Numbered from the stretch's first letter, positions 27,956 to 38,280 are shown. The stretch: 64,000 nucleotides of DNA from an uncultured Rikenellaceae bacterium (GCA_963696805.1 CAVOLF010000005.1:302624-366623); one strand, 5' to 3'. The notes: generated by a model not told the origin, from the sequence alone. Numbers and translations are program-made.

Positions 27956-29437
27956 ATGAGAAACGGACTACTTCTTACTGCTGTATTGTTGCTGGCTGCA
28001 TGCACCGGCAATAAGGTAACTGATAAACAAGCAGCTACAGCATCACCGAAGGCGGAATTCAGTGCGGGTTCCAAGAAGGTAGTCGTTTATACAACTGCCG
28101 AATCGACTCCATTCAGGCTTTCAGCAACTGATACGCTGACTTTTACTGACTTTGGCCAGCCGCTGGAGACGCAGCCCTCATTATTTATCGATCCGTCGAA
28201 GAGGTTTCAGACTTTCCTGGGAATAGGAGGGGCTTTCACAGATGCCGCAGCTGAGACATGGGCTAAGCTGCCACCTGCAGTTCAGGATGAGTTCATCAAT
28301 GCCTATTTTGACCCTGCAGCCGGTATTGGTTATTCATTTGGCAGGACCAATATGAACAGCTGCGATTTTTCCAGTGACATGTACACTTATGTTGAGGAAG
28401 GTGACAAGGAACTGGAGACCTTCAGCATAGCCCATGACGAGAAGTACAAGATTCCCCTGATCAAAAAAGCAATGGAGAAGGCCGGTGGAAACCTTCCGCT
28501 CTTTGTCAGTCCCTGGAGCCCGCCGGCATGGATGAAGGACAATAATGACATGCTGTACGGAGGTAAGCTGCTGCCGGAATATTACCAGTCATGGGCAGAA
28601 TATTATGTTAAGTACATCGAGGCGCTTGAGCAGAGCGGGGTGCCGGTATGGGGTCTTTCGGTGCAGAATGAGCCTATGGCAAGGCAGACATGGGAGAGCT
28701 GCATCTATACTGCTGAGGAGGAGAGGGATTTCATTAAGAATTTCCTTGGTCCGACACTTCACAACAATGATCTGGGAGACAAAAAGCTGATAGCCTGGGA
28801 TCATAACCGGGACCTGGTATATCACAGGGCATCAACCATCCTGAGTGACCCAGGGGCGGCTAAGTATGTATGGGGCATCGGTTTTCACTGGTATGAGGTG
28901 TGGACCGGCGGCAGGCAGTATGAAAATGTAAAACGTGTGGCAGAGACATTCCCGGCGACTAACCTTCTTCTGACCGAAGCCTGTAATTACCCTTTCAGCT
29001 GGCAAACCATAGAAAACTGGCAATGGGGTGAGTATTACGGTGAGAACATGATCCATGATTTCAACAACGGAGCCGTGGCATGGACCGACTGGAATATACT
29101 TCTGGATGAAACCGGAGGCCCCAACCATGTCGGCAATTTCTGTTTTGCGCCTGTCCATGCCAGGGTTAGTGAAGGCAGCCTGCATTACATGAACTCTTAC
29201 TATTATATTGGTCATTTTTCAAAGTTCATCAGGCCGGGGGCAACCAGGGTCATAAGCTCCTCGAGCAGGGCACAAATGCTGACCACTGCGTTTATGAACA
29301 GCGATGGCACTATCGCCGTTGTGGTAATGAATCCTACGGCAGAGGAGATAAGCTACAGGCTTTATATCGGGAGCAAGGCTGCTGTTACCGTCAGCCTTCC
29401 GCATTCGATAAGCACACTCGTTATAGGGGATATCTGA
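27956..29437 (+). CDS. GH30 glycoside hydrolase lipoprotein (glucosylceramidase/SrfJ-like)
   Basis: Lipobox LAAC; GIGGAFTDA, SCDFS, SPWSPPAWMK, VQNEP, WDHNRD, TEAC, WTDWN.LLD..GGPNHV.N. Confidence 0.92.
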   Translation: MRNGLLLTAVLLLAACTGNKVTDKQAATASPKAEFSAGSKKVVVYTTAESTPFRLSATDTLTFTDFGQPLETQPSLFIDPSKRFQTFLGIGGAFTDAAAETWAKLPPAVQDEFINAYFDPAAGIGYSFGRTNMNSCDFSSDMYTYVEEGDKELETFSIAHDEKYKIPLIKKAMEKAGGNLPLFVSPWSPPAWMKDNNDMLYGGKLLPEYYQSWAEYYVKYIEALEQSGVPVWGLSVQNEPMARQTWESCIYTAEEERDFIKNFLGPTLHNNDLGDKKLIAWDHNRDLVYHRASTILSDPGAAKYVWGIGFHWYEVWTGGRQYENVKRVAETFPATNLLLTEACNYPFSWQTIENWQWGEYYGENMIHDFNNGAVAWTDWNILLDETGGPNHVGNFCFAPVHARVSEGSLHYMNSYYYIGHFSKFIRPGATRVISSSSRAQMLTTAFMNSDGTIAVVVMNPTAEEISYRLYIGSKAAVTVSLPHSISTLVIGDI

Positions 29438-29600
29438 CAGGAACATTCATTGAGGGGATATCGCCGGTGAGCTTCTTAATTTTTAATCACTCTTTCCTGG
29501 CACACACACAATAAGCGTCACCATTTGAGTGATATTTTCGTAGAAACTGTAAATTTCCATAAGATTTAACTCCGAGAAACACAATTCACCAAAAACCGCC

Positions 29601-30572
29601 ATGGAAAATCAAAGGAGATGGGTTTTTATTGTCAACCCGGTTGCCGGTAACGGCTTTGCAATGACACTGGTAGATAAGATAAGGCAGATGACCGCCCTCC
29701 ACAACCTTGATGCCGAAATTGTCTTTACCGAAAGAAAGGGCCATGCTGGCGAACTGGCTGAGCAGTTTGCGGCCAGAGGTTACAATTGCATCATCGGGGT
29801 GGGCGGTGACGGTACGATGAATGAAATAGCTGCGCCCCTTGTTCACCGTAAAGACATTGTCACAGGGCTGATTGCCGGAGGCACGGGCAATGATTTCATA
29901 CAGGTGACCGGCTTTCCCGACCGTTTTCAGGAGGAAGACTGGGCGATGTTTTTCAGGATGAATGTGATGTCAATGGATGTTGGCATCTGCAACGGGAAGA
30001 TCATTTTGAACGGACTGGGGCTGGGGTTTGACGCACAGGTGGCTTCGGAGAATTATACTGAATCAGGCGAAGTAAAACCCGGCGGCAAAGGCAAATATAT
30101 ATGGCACATATTAAAGACGCTTTTCGGCTACCGTGAAAAAAGGATGAAGATGACTTGTAACGGATCGACCTACGAGACTGACTGTTTCATGAATACCGTT
30201 GCAAACGGCAGGAGATTTGCGGGATCTTTTTACCTCACACCCAAAGCCCTGGCTAATGACAGCCTTCTTGATGTCTGTGCAATCAAAAGGCTAACCCTGT
30301 TTCAGAGACTTAAGATCCTGCTCATGGTACCGGCCGGAACACATATCAATGACAAAAGGGTAAACTATTACCAGACTGATAAGCTGGTTCTGGAGTTCCC
30401 GGAAAGAATGCCGTTTCATATTGACGGGGAGCTCTATTTTGCACAACATTTTGAGGTCGGAGTGTTGCCTGGCGCCTTGAATATTATTTATAATCCGGAG
30501 GGAAAACACTATTTCAGAACCGTGCAGGAGGCCCAAGTTTCGGCTGACGCGACGGATGTTCTCCGGGGTTAG
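29601..30572 (+). CDS. Diacylglycerol/sphingosine kinase family lipid kinase (YegS/DgkB-like)
   Basis: IVNPVAG, GVGGDGTMNE, GGTGNDF, GLGFDA, NGRRFAG, HIDGE. Confidence 0.92.
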   Translation: MENQRRWVFIVNPVAGNGFAMTLVDKIRQMTALHNLDAEIVFTERKGHAGELAEQFAARGYNCIIGVGGDGTMNEIAAPLVHRKDIVTGLIAGGTGNDFIQVTGFPDRFQEEDWAMFFRMNVMSMDVGICNGKIILNGLGLGFDAQVASENYTESGEVKPGGKGKYIWHILKTLFGYREKRMKMTCNGSTYETDCFMNTVANGRRFAGSFYLTPKALANDSLLDVCAIKRLTLFQRLKILLMVPAGTHINDKRVNYYQTDKLVLEFPERMPFHIDGELYFAQHFEVGVLPGALNIIYNPEGKHYFRTVQEAQVSADATDVLRG

Positions 30573-30589
30573 AGAAACCGATCCTGCTA

Positions 30590-30663
30590 GGAGGTTTTTC
30601 CCTGCAGTTTGTGAGGTGAGTTTTCCCAGCAGCGTGAGCTTGTGTGGTGAGTTTTCCCCGCAG
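30590..30663 (+). repeat. Three imperfect direct repeats (core TTTTCCCnGCAG)
   Basis: GGAGGTTTTTCCCTGCAG; TTGTGAGGTGAGTTTTCCCAGCAG; TTGTGTGGTGAGTTTTCCCCGCAG. Confidence 0.6.
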
Positions 30664-30679
30664 AAAATAGATAAGGAAA

Positions 30680-31411
30680 TTAAAATCCGGTAAGCCAGAC
30701 AAACAGTGCTACTCCTGCCCCCCCTGTGATAAGACTGTCAAACCTGTCGAGGAAGCCTCCGTGGCCGGGTATCATAGCTGAAAAGTCCTTTACGTTGTAT
30801 CGTCTCTTATAGACAGACTTGGCTGTATCTCCGGCAAATGCAAACAAAACTACGATTGCACTCAGCAGAAGAACCTCAGGCAGCGGGATCTCAGGGATGA
30901 GCTGTCTGAAGATCAGGCTGCTGAGTATAGCAAAGGTGGCTCCCCCTATGAAGCCTTCCACTGTCTTATTGGGACTTATTTTCGGGAATAGTTTTCTCTT
31001 GCCGATGAGCTGGCCAGTCACCTGGCTGAAGCCGTCAAAAATGCAAAGTATGAGAAATGCAAAGAGGATAAGTCCCTGGTCCATCGCGCTGAAGAAGAAG
31101 AAGCCTGAGGAAAGGAGCGCAAGAAGCAGGAGTGACGCCAGGAAAAAGATCTTATGAAGGTATCCGGATTCGAGGAACAATTTACCCAGCTCGAGGAATC
31201 CGGCGATAATGATCACGATTGCAATGTAACGGAACATCGTTACCTCCAGGGCAATACTGAAATAGACTATGTTGGTGATGATGAAGTAAGTGGAGTGTTT
31301 TATCCAGCTGCGTCTGGCCACCTCAGGTTCTTTTCTCCTGTTGATGATCCATATACCCGCCGTACCCAGGACGAAATAGCTAATTATGATAATGTAGATT
31401 TTCCAGTACAT
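30680..31411 (-). CDS. Phosphatidate cytidylyltransferase (CdsA-like)
   Basis: DGFSQVTGQLIGKRKLFPKISPNKTVEGFIGG and GD.AKS..KR...VKDFS.MIPGHGGFLDRFDS. Confidence 0.92.
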   Translation of the reverse strand: MYWKIYIIIISYFVLGTAGIWIINRRKEPEVARRSWIKHSTYFIITNIVYFSIALEVTMFRYIAIVIIIAGFLELGKLFLESGYLHKIFFLASLLLLALLSSGFFFFSAMDQGLILFAFLILCIFDGFSQVTGQLIGKRKLFPKISPNKTVEGFIGGATFAILSSLIFRQLIPEIPLPEVLLLSAIVVLFAFAGDTAKSVYKRRYNVKDFSAMIPGHGGFLDRFDSLITGGAGVALFVWLTGF

Positions 31412-31443
31412 TTTATGTTGTCATCCGGTTGACATTACGTTTT

Positions 31444-32241
31444 TCAGGTTAATATCATCAGTGTACCGAAGACTATCATTCCTATTGCATACAAGGTTCT
31501 TATGGGTCCTTCAGCGCGTTCCAGCTTTATCCCTTTGAGGAGCCTGGGGCCCAGGAGAGAGCCGGCTATTGTTCCTGCCGTCAGAAAATAAACCTGTGTA
31601 AGGTCAATTTCCCCCACCAGGAAGTGGGCACCGAGGGCGGAGGCCTGGTTCACCATCACCACCATCAGTGAGGTTCCTATTACCATTTTTACCGGTATGC
31701 GCATTGCGAACATCCCCGCCTGTACCGGTGTGGAACCGCTGGTTCCGAAAGTTGCAGTTATAACTCCGGCGATAAAGCCGAAAAACGTTCCGGTGGCTGC
31801 CTTTTCCAGCCGCGACCCTTCCGGCTTGATTATACCGTTTGCCTCATCTCTCCTCTTCCTCCAGGCGCTGATTATCATCTGGATTGCCAGGAGAATGATG
31901 TATACTCCCCAGCTGACTTTAAGCTGCTGTGCTGTTATCAGGCTTGTGAAGCTTGCGCCGGAAAGGGCACCGAGAACACCTGCCGCAGCAAAGACCAGCC
32001 CTATCCGGAGCTGGATGTTTCCGTTGCGATAGTGTGCAACAGATCCGACGAGGCATATCGGAAGAGTGGCGGCTATGGATGTTGCAACCGCAATGTTTGC
32101 CGGTACCCCGAAAAGAAGTGTAAGAATGGGTATAAAGAAAAAGCCTCCGCCGCCTCCGATCAGGGTGCCGATGAGTCCGACAATAAATCCTATGAGAGGA
32201 TACCAGAGATAACTGTTCTCAAATGCCGAGTGAAAGATCAT
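31444..32241 (-). CDS. TauE/SafE family (TSUP) anion transporter
   Basis: GFIVGLIGTLIGGGGGFFFIPIL, AVATS, and a repeated second half GFIAG...IGTS; multiple TM segments. Confidence 0.88.
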   Translation of the reverse strand: MIFHSAFENSYLWYPLIGFIVGLIGTLIGGGGGFFFIPILTLLFGVPANIAVATSIAATLPICLVGSVAHYRNGNIQLRIGLVFAAAGVLGALSGASFTSLITAQQLKVSWGVYIILLAIQMIISAWRKRRDEANGIIKPEGSRLEKAATGTFFGFIAGVITATFGTSGSTPVQAGMFAMRIPVKMVIGTSLMVVMVNQASALGAHFLVGEIDLTQVYFLTAGTIAGSLLGPRLLKGIKLERAEGPIRTLYAIGMIVFGTLMILT

Positions 32242-32846
32242 GATGCTTTTTCCTTTTCCGCCTTTCTATCCCTGAGCACCCAGTAGAGCCCTTTTACGTT
32301 TGACCGCATTTCAGGTATTATCATCTGGATGGCAATATGCTCTATTGCACCAATGATTGCCCAGATGATCACAAAGTAATAGAACGGGGCGTAAAAACCC
32401 AGGGTAAAGAGGACAATGATGAATGCTCCCTGGATATAGCCCCCGATCTTGGTTATATAGAGATGGAAACTGGGAAACTTCCTGAATTTAATCAATGACA
32501 CTACCACGGTGAGCACCAGCATGCCAATAAAGACTGAAAAACTTGGCAGATGCGGTCTCAGTTCTTCCATTTTGAAAACAATCATTCCCGTGAAGGCAAG
32601 CAGGTAATTGAAATTGTCAGCAAAGGAGTCGAGTTTTGCCCCAATCTCGGTCTCCATGTGGAGACGACGGGCTATGACCCCGTCAAGGATATCAGAGACA
32701 AGGCTGATAATGAGGAAGATGGCAAACAGTTTCTCATTCCCTGTGAAGATAAAATAAAGGATAAGCGGGGCTGCCAGGAGCCGGTATGAAGTAATGAGAT
32801 TCGGAATAGTCAGAAATTCATTCTTTTTCACCAGATAATTATTCAT
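32238..32846 (-). CDS. CDP-alcohol phosphatidyltransferase (PgsA-like)
   Basis: TIPNLITSYRL and SDILDGVIARRLHMETEIGAKLDSFAD. Confidence 0.92.
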   Translation of the reverse strand: MNNYLVKKNEFLTIPNLITSYRLLAAPLILYFIFTGNEKLFAIFLIISLVSDILDGVIARRLHMETEIGAKLDSFADNFNYLLAFTGMIVFKMEELRPHLPSFSVFIGMLVLTVVVSLIKFRKFPSFHLYITKIGGYIQGAFIIVLFTLGFYAPFYYFVIIWAIIGAIEHIAIQMIIPEMRSNVKGLYWVLRDRKAEKEKAS

Positions 32847-33005
32847 AATGAACCCTTTTCACCCGGGTACCGATTGCTAATTCTGACAAAGCTTACACAA
32901 ATATGTATAAAAATCTGATCGGGCTTAACAGGAACCGGGAAATTAAGTAATTTTATATTGCGTTACCCCGTGTTTAGGGACGCGACGGTTAAAGCCGGTA
33001 TTTCC

Positions 33006-33413
33006 ATGATTCGCATGAAAGGACTACTATTTCTGATATTAATGGTTCTGACCGTTTCCTGCAGTTCTCTCAGGAAATCTTCCTCCACTCCTGGTGAGGA
33101 TGAGCTTATCATAACCCGCAAATATGTAGGTGAATTTATCGAGCACCGCCAGACCGGTCCGGAGAACTATGACGGACCCAATATGATCTGGATCAAGACA
33201 TCAATGGAGGATGTGTACGGTAAGATATCCGCTTACGGCAGAAAGTGCGAGTTTGCCGAGGGAGACAGGCTATACCTGAGAAGGACTTTCTACAGTCCCG
33301 GCATTGTGTCAGGATACTGGGTATACACGGTAGAGAATGACGCTTCCGTCTCATACAGGGCAACGGATCTGCAGCATGACCGCGAGGTCTTCATAAAGAC
33401 CTGGTTTGAGTAA
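33006..33413 (+). CDS. Hypothetical lipoprotein
   Basis: Signal peptide with lipobox TVSC; start uncertain (33006 or 33015). Confidence 0.65.
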   Translation: MIRMKGLLFLILMVLTVSCSSLRKSSSTPGEDELIITRKYVGEFIEHRQTGPENYDGPNMIWIKTSMEDVYGKISAYGRKCEFAEGDRLYLRRTFYSPGIVSGYWVYTVENDASVSYRATDLQHDREVFIKTWFE

Positions 33414-33524
33414 CCCGTTTCAAAAACACTTTTCTTTTGCCGGATCACAATTTTAAAAAATGGTATATTTAGATCACTAAACCTGAAACCCGGAGTGACG
33501 GCCTCTTCCGGGCCGCATCTTAAT

Positions 33525-34838
33525 ATGAAAAGCATTATAGTCACAACATTTCAAAAGTTCGATCGGGCTCAGAGTCTTGGTGGAATACTGCTATTCGGTG
33601 CAACAATTGTTGCACTGATATTTGCCAACTCACAGCTTAGTGGCCTGTACGAAACCCTGAAAACTACGGTTGTAGGCATAGATGCCGGCAACTTCAGCCT
33701 GAATAAGCCTTTGATCCTGTGGGTAAACGATGGTCTTATGGCAATATTTTTCTTCATGATCGGGCTTGAGATCAAGAGGGAGCTGATGATCGGTGAGCTT
33801 AACACCCGTTCAAAGGCGGCACTGCCATTGATTGCAGCCCTTGGAGGAATAGTGTTCCCGATTGTTTTTTATCTTGTTCTGAACAACAATCCCCTGGCAT
33901 CCCACGGATGGGGTATTCCCATGGCCACAGACATTGCCTTTTCCCTTGCAATTCTTAAGCTTCTCGGCAACAGGGTGCCTGTAGGGCTGAAAGTCTTTTT
34001 GGCTGCCTTTGCTATCATTGATGATATTGGTGCGGTACTTGTGATAGCACTTTTCTACAGTTCGTCAATCGACTGGATGATGCTTGCCTGGGCCACCATA
34101 CCCATGGCTATCCTGTTGGTTCTTAACCTGATGAACATCTTCCCGAAGTATCTTCATCTCCTTTGCGGCATTGTTGTCTGGTATTTATTTCTGAAGTCAG
34201 GCATTCACCCCACCATTGCAGGCGTGTTGCTGGCCTTCAGCGTACCCCTCAGGCAGAAGACTGACATGAAGACATTCACCCTTAAGCTATGTGAGATTGC
34301 GGATGAGTTTAAGCAAGCCGCCACGGTACATACACCCCTTTTAACCTCCGAACAGATTGAGCAGATTGACGATATTGAGGAGTGGGTTGAGAATGTACAG
34401 TCGCCGTTGCAGCATATTGAGCATGTGCTTCAGAGTTGGGTGGCATATCTTATAATGCCTCTCTTTGCCTTTTTCAATGCGGGAATTGCCTTCACTGCGG
34501 GAATGCAGCCGGATGTGCCCCTTATAACCAGCTTGGCCATCAGTCTCTTTCTTGGCAAGACAGTGGGGATTACATTGTTCTCGTACGTCGGTATCAGGTT
34601 GAAATTTGCCAGACTGCCTGAAAGTGTGTCATTCGGACAGATTATCGGCACCGCCATGCTTGCCGGAGTGGGCTTTACGATGTCTATGTTTATAGCCAAT
34701 CTTGCGTTTGCCGATGCCAACATATTGATGGATTCGGCCAGGATTGGGATCCTGGCCGGATCTGTTGTGTCAGGTGCGGCCGGATACCTTATGCTGAGAT
34801 ATTGCCGTCAGGGGAACGGTCAGATGATCAACAGGTGA
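33525..34838 (+). CDS. nhaA: Na+/H+ antiporter NhaA
   Basis: WVNDGLMAIFFFMIGLEIKRE, GWGIPMATDIAF, AIIDDIGA, SGIHPTIAGV, GVGFTMSMFIA. Confidence 0.95.
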   Translation: MKSIIVTTFQKFDRAQSLGGILLFGATIVALIFANSQLSGLYETLKTTVVGIDAGNFSLNKPLILWVNDGLMAIFFFMIGLEIKRELMIGELNTRSKAALPLIAALGGIVFPIVFYLVLNNNPLASHGWGIPMATDIAFSLAILKLLGNRVPVGLKVFLAAFAIIDDIGAVLVIALFYSSSIDWMMLAWATIPMAILLVLNLMNIFPKYLHLLCGIVVWYLFLKSGIHPTIAGVLLAFSVPLRQKTDMKTFTLKLCEIADEFKQAATVHTPLLTSEQIEQIDDIEEWVENVQSPLQHIEHVLQSWVAYLIMPLFAFFNAGIAFTAGMQPDVPLITSLAISLFLGKTVGITLFSYVGIRLKFARLPESVSFGQIIGTAMLAGVGFTMSMFIANLAFADANILMDSARIGILAGSVVSGAAGYLMLRYCRQGNGQMINR

Positions 34839-35401
34839 AAGGTATTCCGGAATATAAAAGCGGACTCTATTTCATAGCCATTGTTTTTCACGGGTCTTTA
34901 AGTGATGAGATCAGGGTGGTCAAGGAACGTATGAGGGATCAGTACGGGGCTGCCCATGCCCTGAAATCACCTGCTCACATCACCCTTCAGATGCCTTTTA
35001 AAAGGATACTTTCAGTGGAAAGGGGAATGTGCGATGCCCTCGCAGTATTTGCTTTGAAAGAGAAGCCCTTCACAGTGGAACTGAACGGTTACGGCGCCTT
35101 TGTTCCGAGAGTGATTTTCATAAAGATCGTGGAACCTGGCCCGGTGAAGTCGTTGCACGGGCGTCTCAGGGATGTGTTGCTGACAGAACTGGGATTTGGA
35201 CATGATGAGATCATGAATGATATGCAGCCCCACATCACCGTTGCGACCAGAGACCTTGCCAGAGATGCCTTCAGTGACGCCTGGCAGGAGATGAAGGATG
35301 AAGAGTTCGTATCGTCATTTGAAGTCCGGAGTATTTTCCTGCTCAGGCATAACGGCCGCAGCTGGGATCTCCATGAAGAATTCCCGTTCGGGATACAATG
35401 A
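34835..35401 (+). CDS. 2H phosphoesterase (2'-5' RNA ligase family)
   Basis: Two HxT motifs (PAHITL, PHITVA); GTG start overlaps the nhaA stop. Confidence 0.85.
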   Translation: MKGIPEYKSGLYFIAIVFHGSLSDEIRVVKERMRDQYGAAHALKSPAHITLQMPFKRILSVERGMCDALAVFALKEKPFTVELNGYGAFVPRVIFIKIVEPGPVKSLHGRLRDVLLTELGFGHDEIMNDMQPHITVATRDLARDAFSDAWQEMKDEEFVSSFEVRSIFLLRHNGRSWDLHEEFPFGIQ

Positions 35402-38280
35402 GGCGCAGGAAATTCATATCAGGTGGTGCTCTGGCGGCTGCCGGATGGCTTGCGGCAGGCCGTCTGGGCCTTTTCGCCGGCTCTCCGGCGGGGAGCAACA
35501 CCATAGCCGGCAAGAGCGGGCTTTATGAACTGTTCAGGGCCCCCGCATCAAACTACCGTCCTTTTGTAAGATGGTGGTGGAACGGCAATAAGGTGGAGCC
35601 AGGCGAACTGGTAAGGGAGCTCCGGCTGCTCAAGGCAGCAGGGATAGGCGGTGTGGAGATCAACCCGGTACAGTTCCCGTCACGATTTGATGGTGATGAC
35701 CCCGGAATTCCCTCACTCACATGGCTGAGCGATGAGTGGACGGGGATGCTCCGTATCGTATTTGAAGAAGCGAAGTCGCTCGGGATGACCTGTGACCTGA
35801 TCGTAGGATCGGGGTGGCCCTTCGGGTCAGAGGATCTCAGGGAGGAGGAGCGGTCACGTATCGTGGTTGTGGCCGTTAAAAAACTCTCCGGACCTCTTGA
35901 CTATTCCATTTCAAGGGATGAGATACTTGCCGAGGCTTACCCTGCTGTCAGTTCTCCCTGGTCAGGGCGCACCAGCAGGCTGCTCTCACTGTCACTGGTG
36001 CCAGACCCTTTGCCGGGCGCCGGTCATATAACCGATCTCTCCGACAGAACTGACAGTGAATATATCAATCTCTTCATCGCGGAGGGCAGCCATGCCCTGT
36101 ATGCGCTTGTTGAGATCACCGGCTTCATGGAGGTCATCAACGGCTCTCCCGGGGCCAGCGGGCCCGTTCTCGATCATTTCAGTGAGGCGGCAGTACAGAG
36201 GTATCTTGAACGGATGTCTGACACCATTGAAACAGGCACAGGCCCGCTCTCACAACACCTCCGCGCACTCTTCACTGACAGCATGGAGCTTGAGGGAGCC
36301 AACTGGACCTCTGACATGAGAAGCGAGTTTATCAGCAGAAGGGGTTATGATATCTTTCCGGTCCTTCCTTTCGTGCTGTTCCGGAGCGGGGCCATGGGAA
36401 ATGTTACGGACCCGGATTACGGTGTCTCCCTCGGTAAGGACTTTGAGGAGAAGGTAAGACGGATGAGGTATGATTTTGAGACCACTAAGGCAGAGCTGCT
36501 GGAAGAGAGGTTTCTCAGGACCTTTGCCGGATGGTGCAGTGGCCTGGGTGTCAGATCTCGAATGCAGGCATACGGGCGTGGTTTCTTCCCGCTGGAGAGC
36601 AGCATGGCCGTTGACATCCCCGAGGGAGAGTCATGGACCATGAACTGGCTTAAGCACCTCATAGGAGAGGAGATGCCTGAAACCGATTACCGGAGGGGCA
36701 GGGCCTATACCATGATCAACAAATATGTCTCCTCCGCGGCCCATCTGAGCGGAAAAAGGGTGGTAAGCTGCGAGGAGATGACTGACACCTACACTGTCTT
36801 CAACACATCACTTGAGAATCTGAAGATCGGAAGCGACCAGAGTATAGTATCGGGTATAACTCACTCCGTTTTACACGGATTCAATTATTCACCACCGGAG
36901 GCTCCTTACCCCGGCTGGATAAGGTATGGTGCCTGGTACAATGAGAAGAATAACTGGTGGCCCCATCTGCATCTTTTCAATGAATACAAGGGGCGGTTAT
37001 CAGCCTTGCTGCAGAACTGCGACATGTATGCAGACATAGCAATACTGCCTCCTACAGCTGATATGTGGAGCCTCATCGGCATGCAAAATGAACCTTTTCC
37101 TTCGGTACTGCACGCCGACTACCTATCTCTGGTCTGGGAAGCCATTGTCAAAAACGGCGGAGGTTGCGACTACGTCTCAGAACGGATACTGGTTGAGGCG
37201 AAGATTGAAAGAGGTTATATTCATTACGGTACGAGAAAGTACCACACACTCTTCCTGGTCCGCGTCGAAAGCCTGGACCCTGTAACTGCCGGAAAGCTTC
37301 TTCAGTTCGTGCGGTCGGGAGGCCGGATTTTTTGCATCGAAACCTTTCCGTCAAAATCTGCAGGCTGGCTTAACCACCGGAACCGTGACAGGGAAACAGC
37401 GGTCATAATTCAAAAGATGAAAGCATATCCGCACAGGTTCATATTACTTAAAAAGCCTGAAAATGACTTCATGGGGTGGTACAGAACAGTGCAGGAACGG
37501 TACCGGATATTACCTTATCTCACGATTGAAAATCCGGATCCCTTTGTGATGCAGACCAGGTACTGCGCTGATGAGGGATCGGAATATATCTTCATCATCA
37601 ACTCTCACCTGCATGATTCCCATAAGACAAGGGTGGTCTTTTCAGCGGATGTTTCTCGCAGGAAGCATTGCTCAGTCTGGGATCCGGAGAGTGGCAGGCG
37701 CCTGAGGGCGAATCCTGATCCGGATGGAGGTATCAGCCTTGACCTCGGTCCGGCCGAATCAATCCTTTTCGTTTTTGACCATGAAATAGTGACGGAGGCG
37801 TGGCACCATCTGCCGGCGGCCGGTCCAGATACCCGTTTGATCACTGACGGCTGGAAGGCTGAATTCAGACATTGCCGTGACGGCTCGATGAGGGAGGTTG
37901 TGATGGACAGACTGACCGACCTGAAAGAGATAGAGGATTTTGTCCATTTTTCCGGAACAGTTGTTTACCGCAATGCATTTAAGACTGACGATTCCGGTGG
38001 TTTCGCTGTTAACCTCGGGAAGGTGTTTGGTACCAGCGAACTGAGGGTAAACGGCAAAAGCTGTGGTGTTAAGTGGTACGGCCGCAGGATCTGGGACATC
38101 ACGGAATTTATCAGGCCGGGCGAAAACCTGATAGAGGTGGAGGTCACCACTTCTATGGGTAACTACATGAAATCACTAACTGACAATCGTTCGGCACAGT
38201 ACTGGACGAATGAGGGAAGGAAGATCCAGCCCCTGCAGTCTATGGGCATGACCGGACCGGTCAGTTATTATAAAATATGA
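35398..38280 (+). CDS. GH106-like glycoside hydrolase (alpha-L-rhamnosidase family) with Tat signal
   Basis: MRRRKFI Tat motif; RPFVRWWWNG, AGIGGVEI, GSGWPFG, FTDSME, SSAAHL.G..VVSCE. Confidence 0.85.
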   Translation: MRRRKFISGGALAAAGWLAAGRLGLFAGSPAGSNTIAGKSGLYELFRAPASNYRPFVRWWWNGNKVEPGELVRELRLLKAAGIGGVEINPVQFPSRFDGDDPGIPSLTWLSDEWTGMLRIVFEEAKSLGMTCDLIVGSGWPFGSEDLREEERSRIVVVAVKKLSGPLDYSISRDEILAEAYPAVSSPWSGRTSRLLSLSLVPDPLPGAGHITDLSDRTDSEYINLFIAEGSHALYALVEITGFMEVINGSPGASGPVLDHFSEAAVQRYLERMSDTIETGTGPLSQHLRALFTDSMELEGANWTSDMRSEFISRRGYDIFPVLPFVLFRSGAMGNVTDPDYGVSLGKDFEEKVRRMRYDFETTKAELLEERFLRTFAGWCSGLGVRSRMQAYGRGFFPLESSMAVDIPEGESWTMNWLKHLIGEEMPETDYRRGRAYTMINKYVSSAAHLSGKRVVSCEEMTDTYTVFNTSLENLKIGSDQSIVSGITHSVLHGFNYSPPEAPYPGWIRYGAWYNEKNNWWPHLHLFNEYKGRLSALLQNCDMYADIAILPPTADMWSLIGMQNEPFPSVLHADYLSLVWEAIVKNGGGCDYVSERILVEAKIERGYIHYGTRKYHTLFLVRVESLDPVTAGKLLQFVRSGGRIFCIETFPSKSAGWLNHRNRDRETAVIIQKMKAYPHRFILLKKPENDFMGWYRTVQERYRILPYLTIENPDPFVMQTRYCADEGSEYIFIINSHLHDSHKTRVVFSADVSRRKHCSVWDPESGRRLRANPDPDGGISLDLGPAESILFVFDHEIVTEAWHHLPAAGPDTRLITDGWKAEFRHCRDGSMREVVMDRLTDLKEIEDFVHFSGTVVYRNAFKTDDSGGFAVNLGKVFGTSELRVNGKSCGVKWYGRRIWDITEFIRPGENLIEVEVTTSMGNYMKSLTDNRSAQYWTNEGRKIQPLQSMGMTGPVSYYKI

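Noticed and set aside
30590..30663. Mini CRISPR array
   Set aside because: Only three degenerate units with gaps under 10 nt, and no cas genes.
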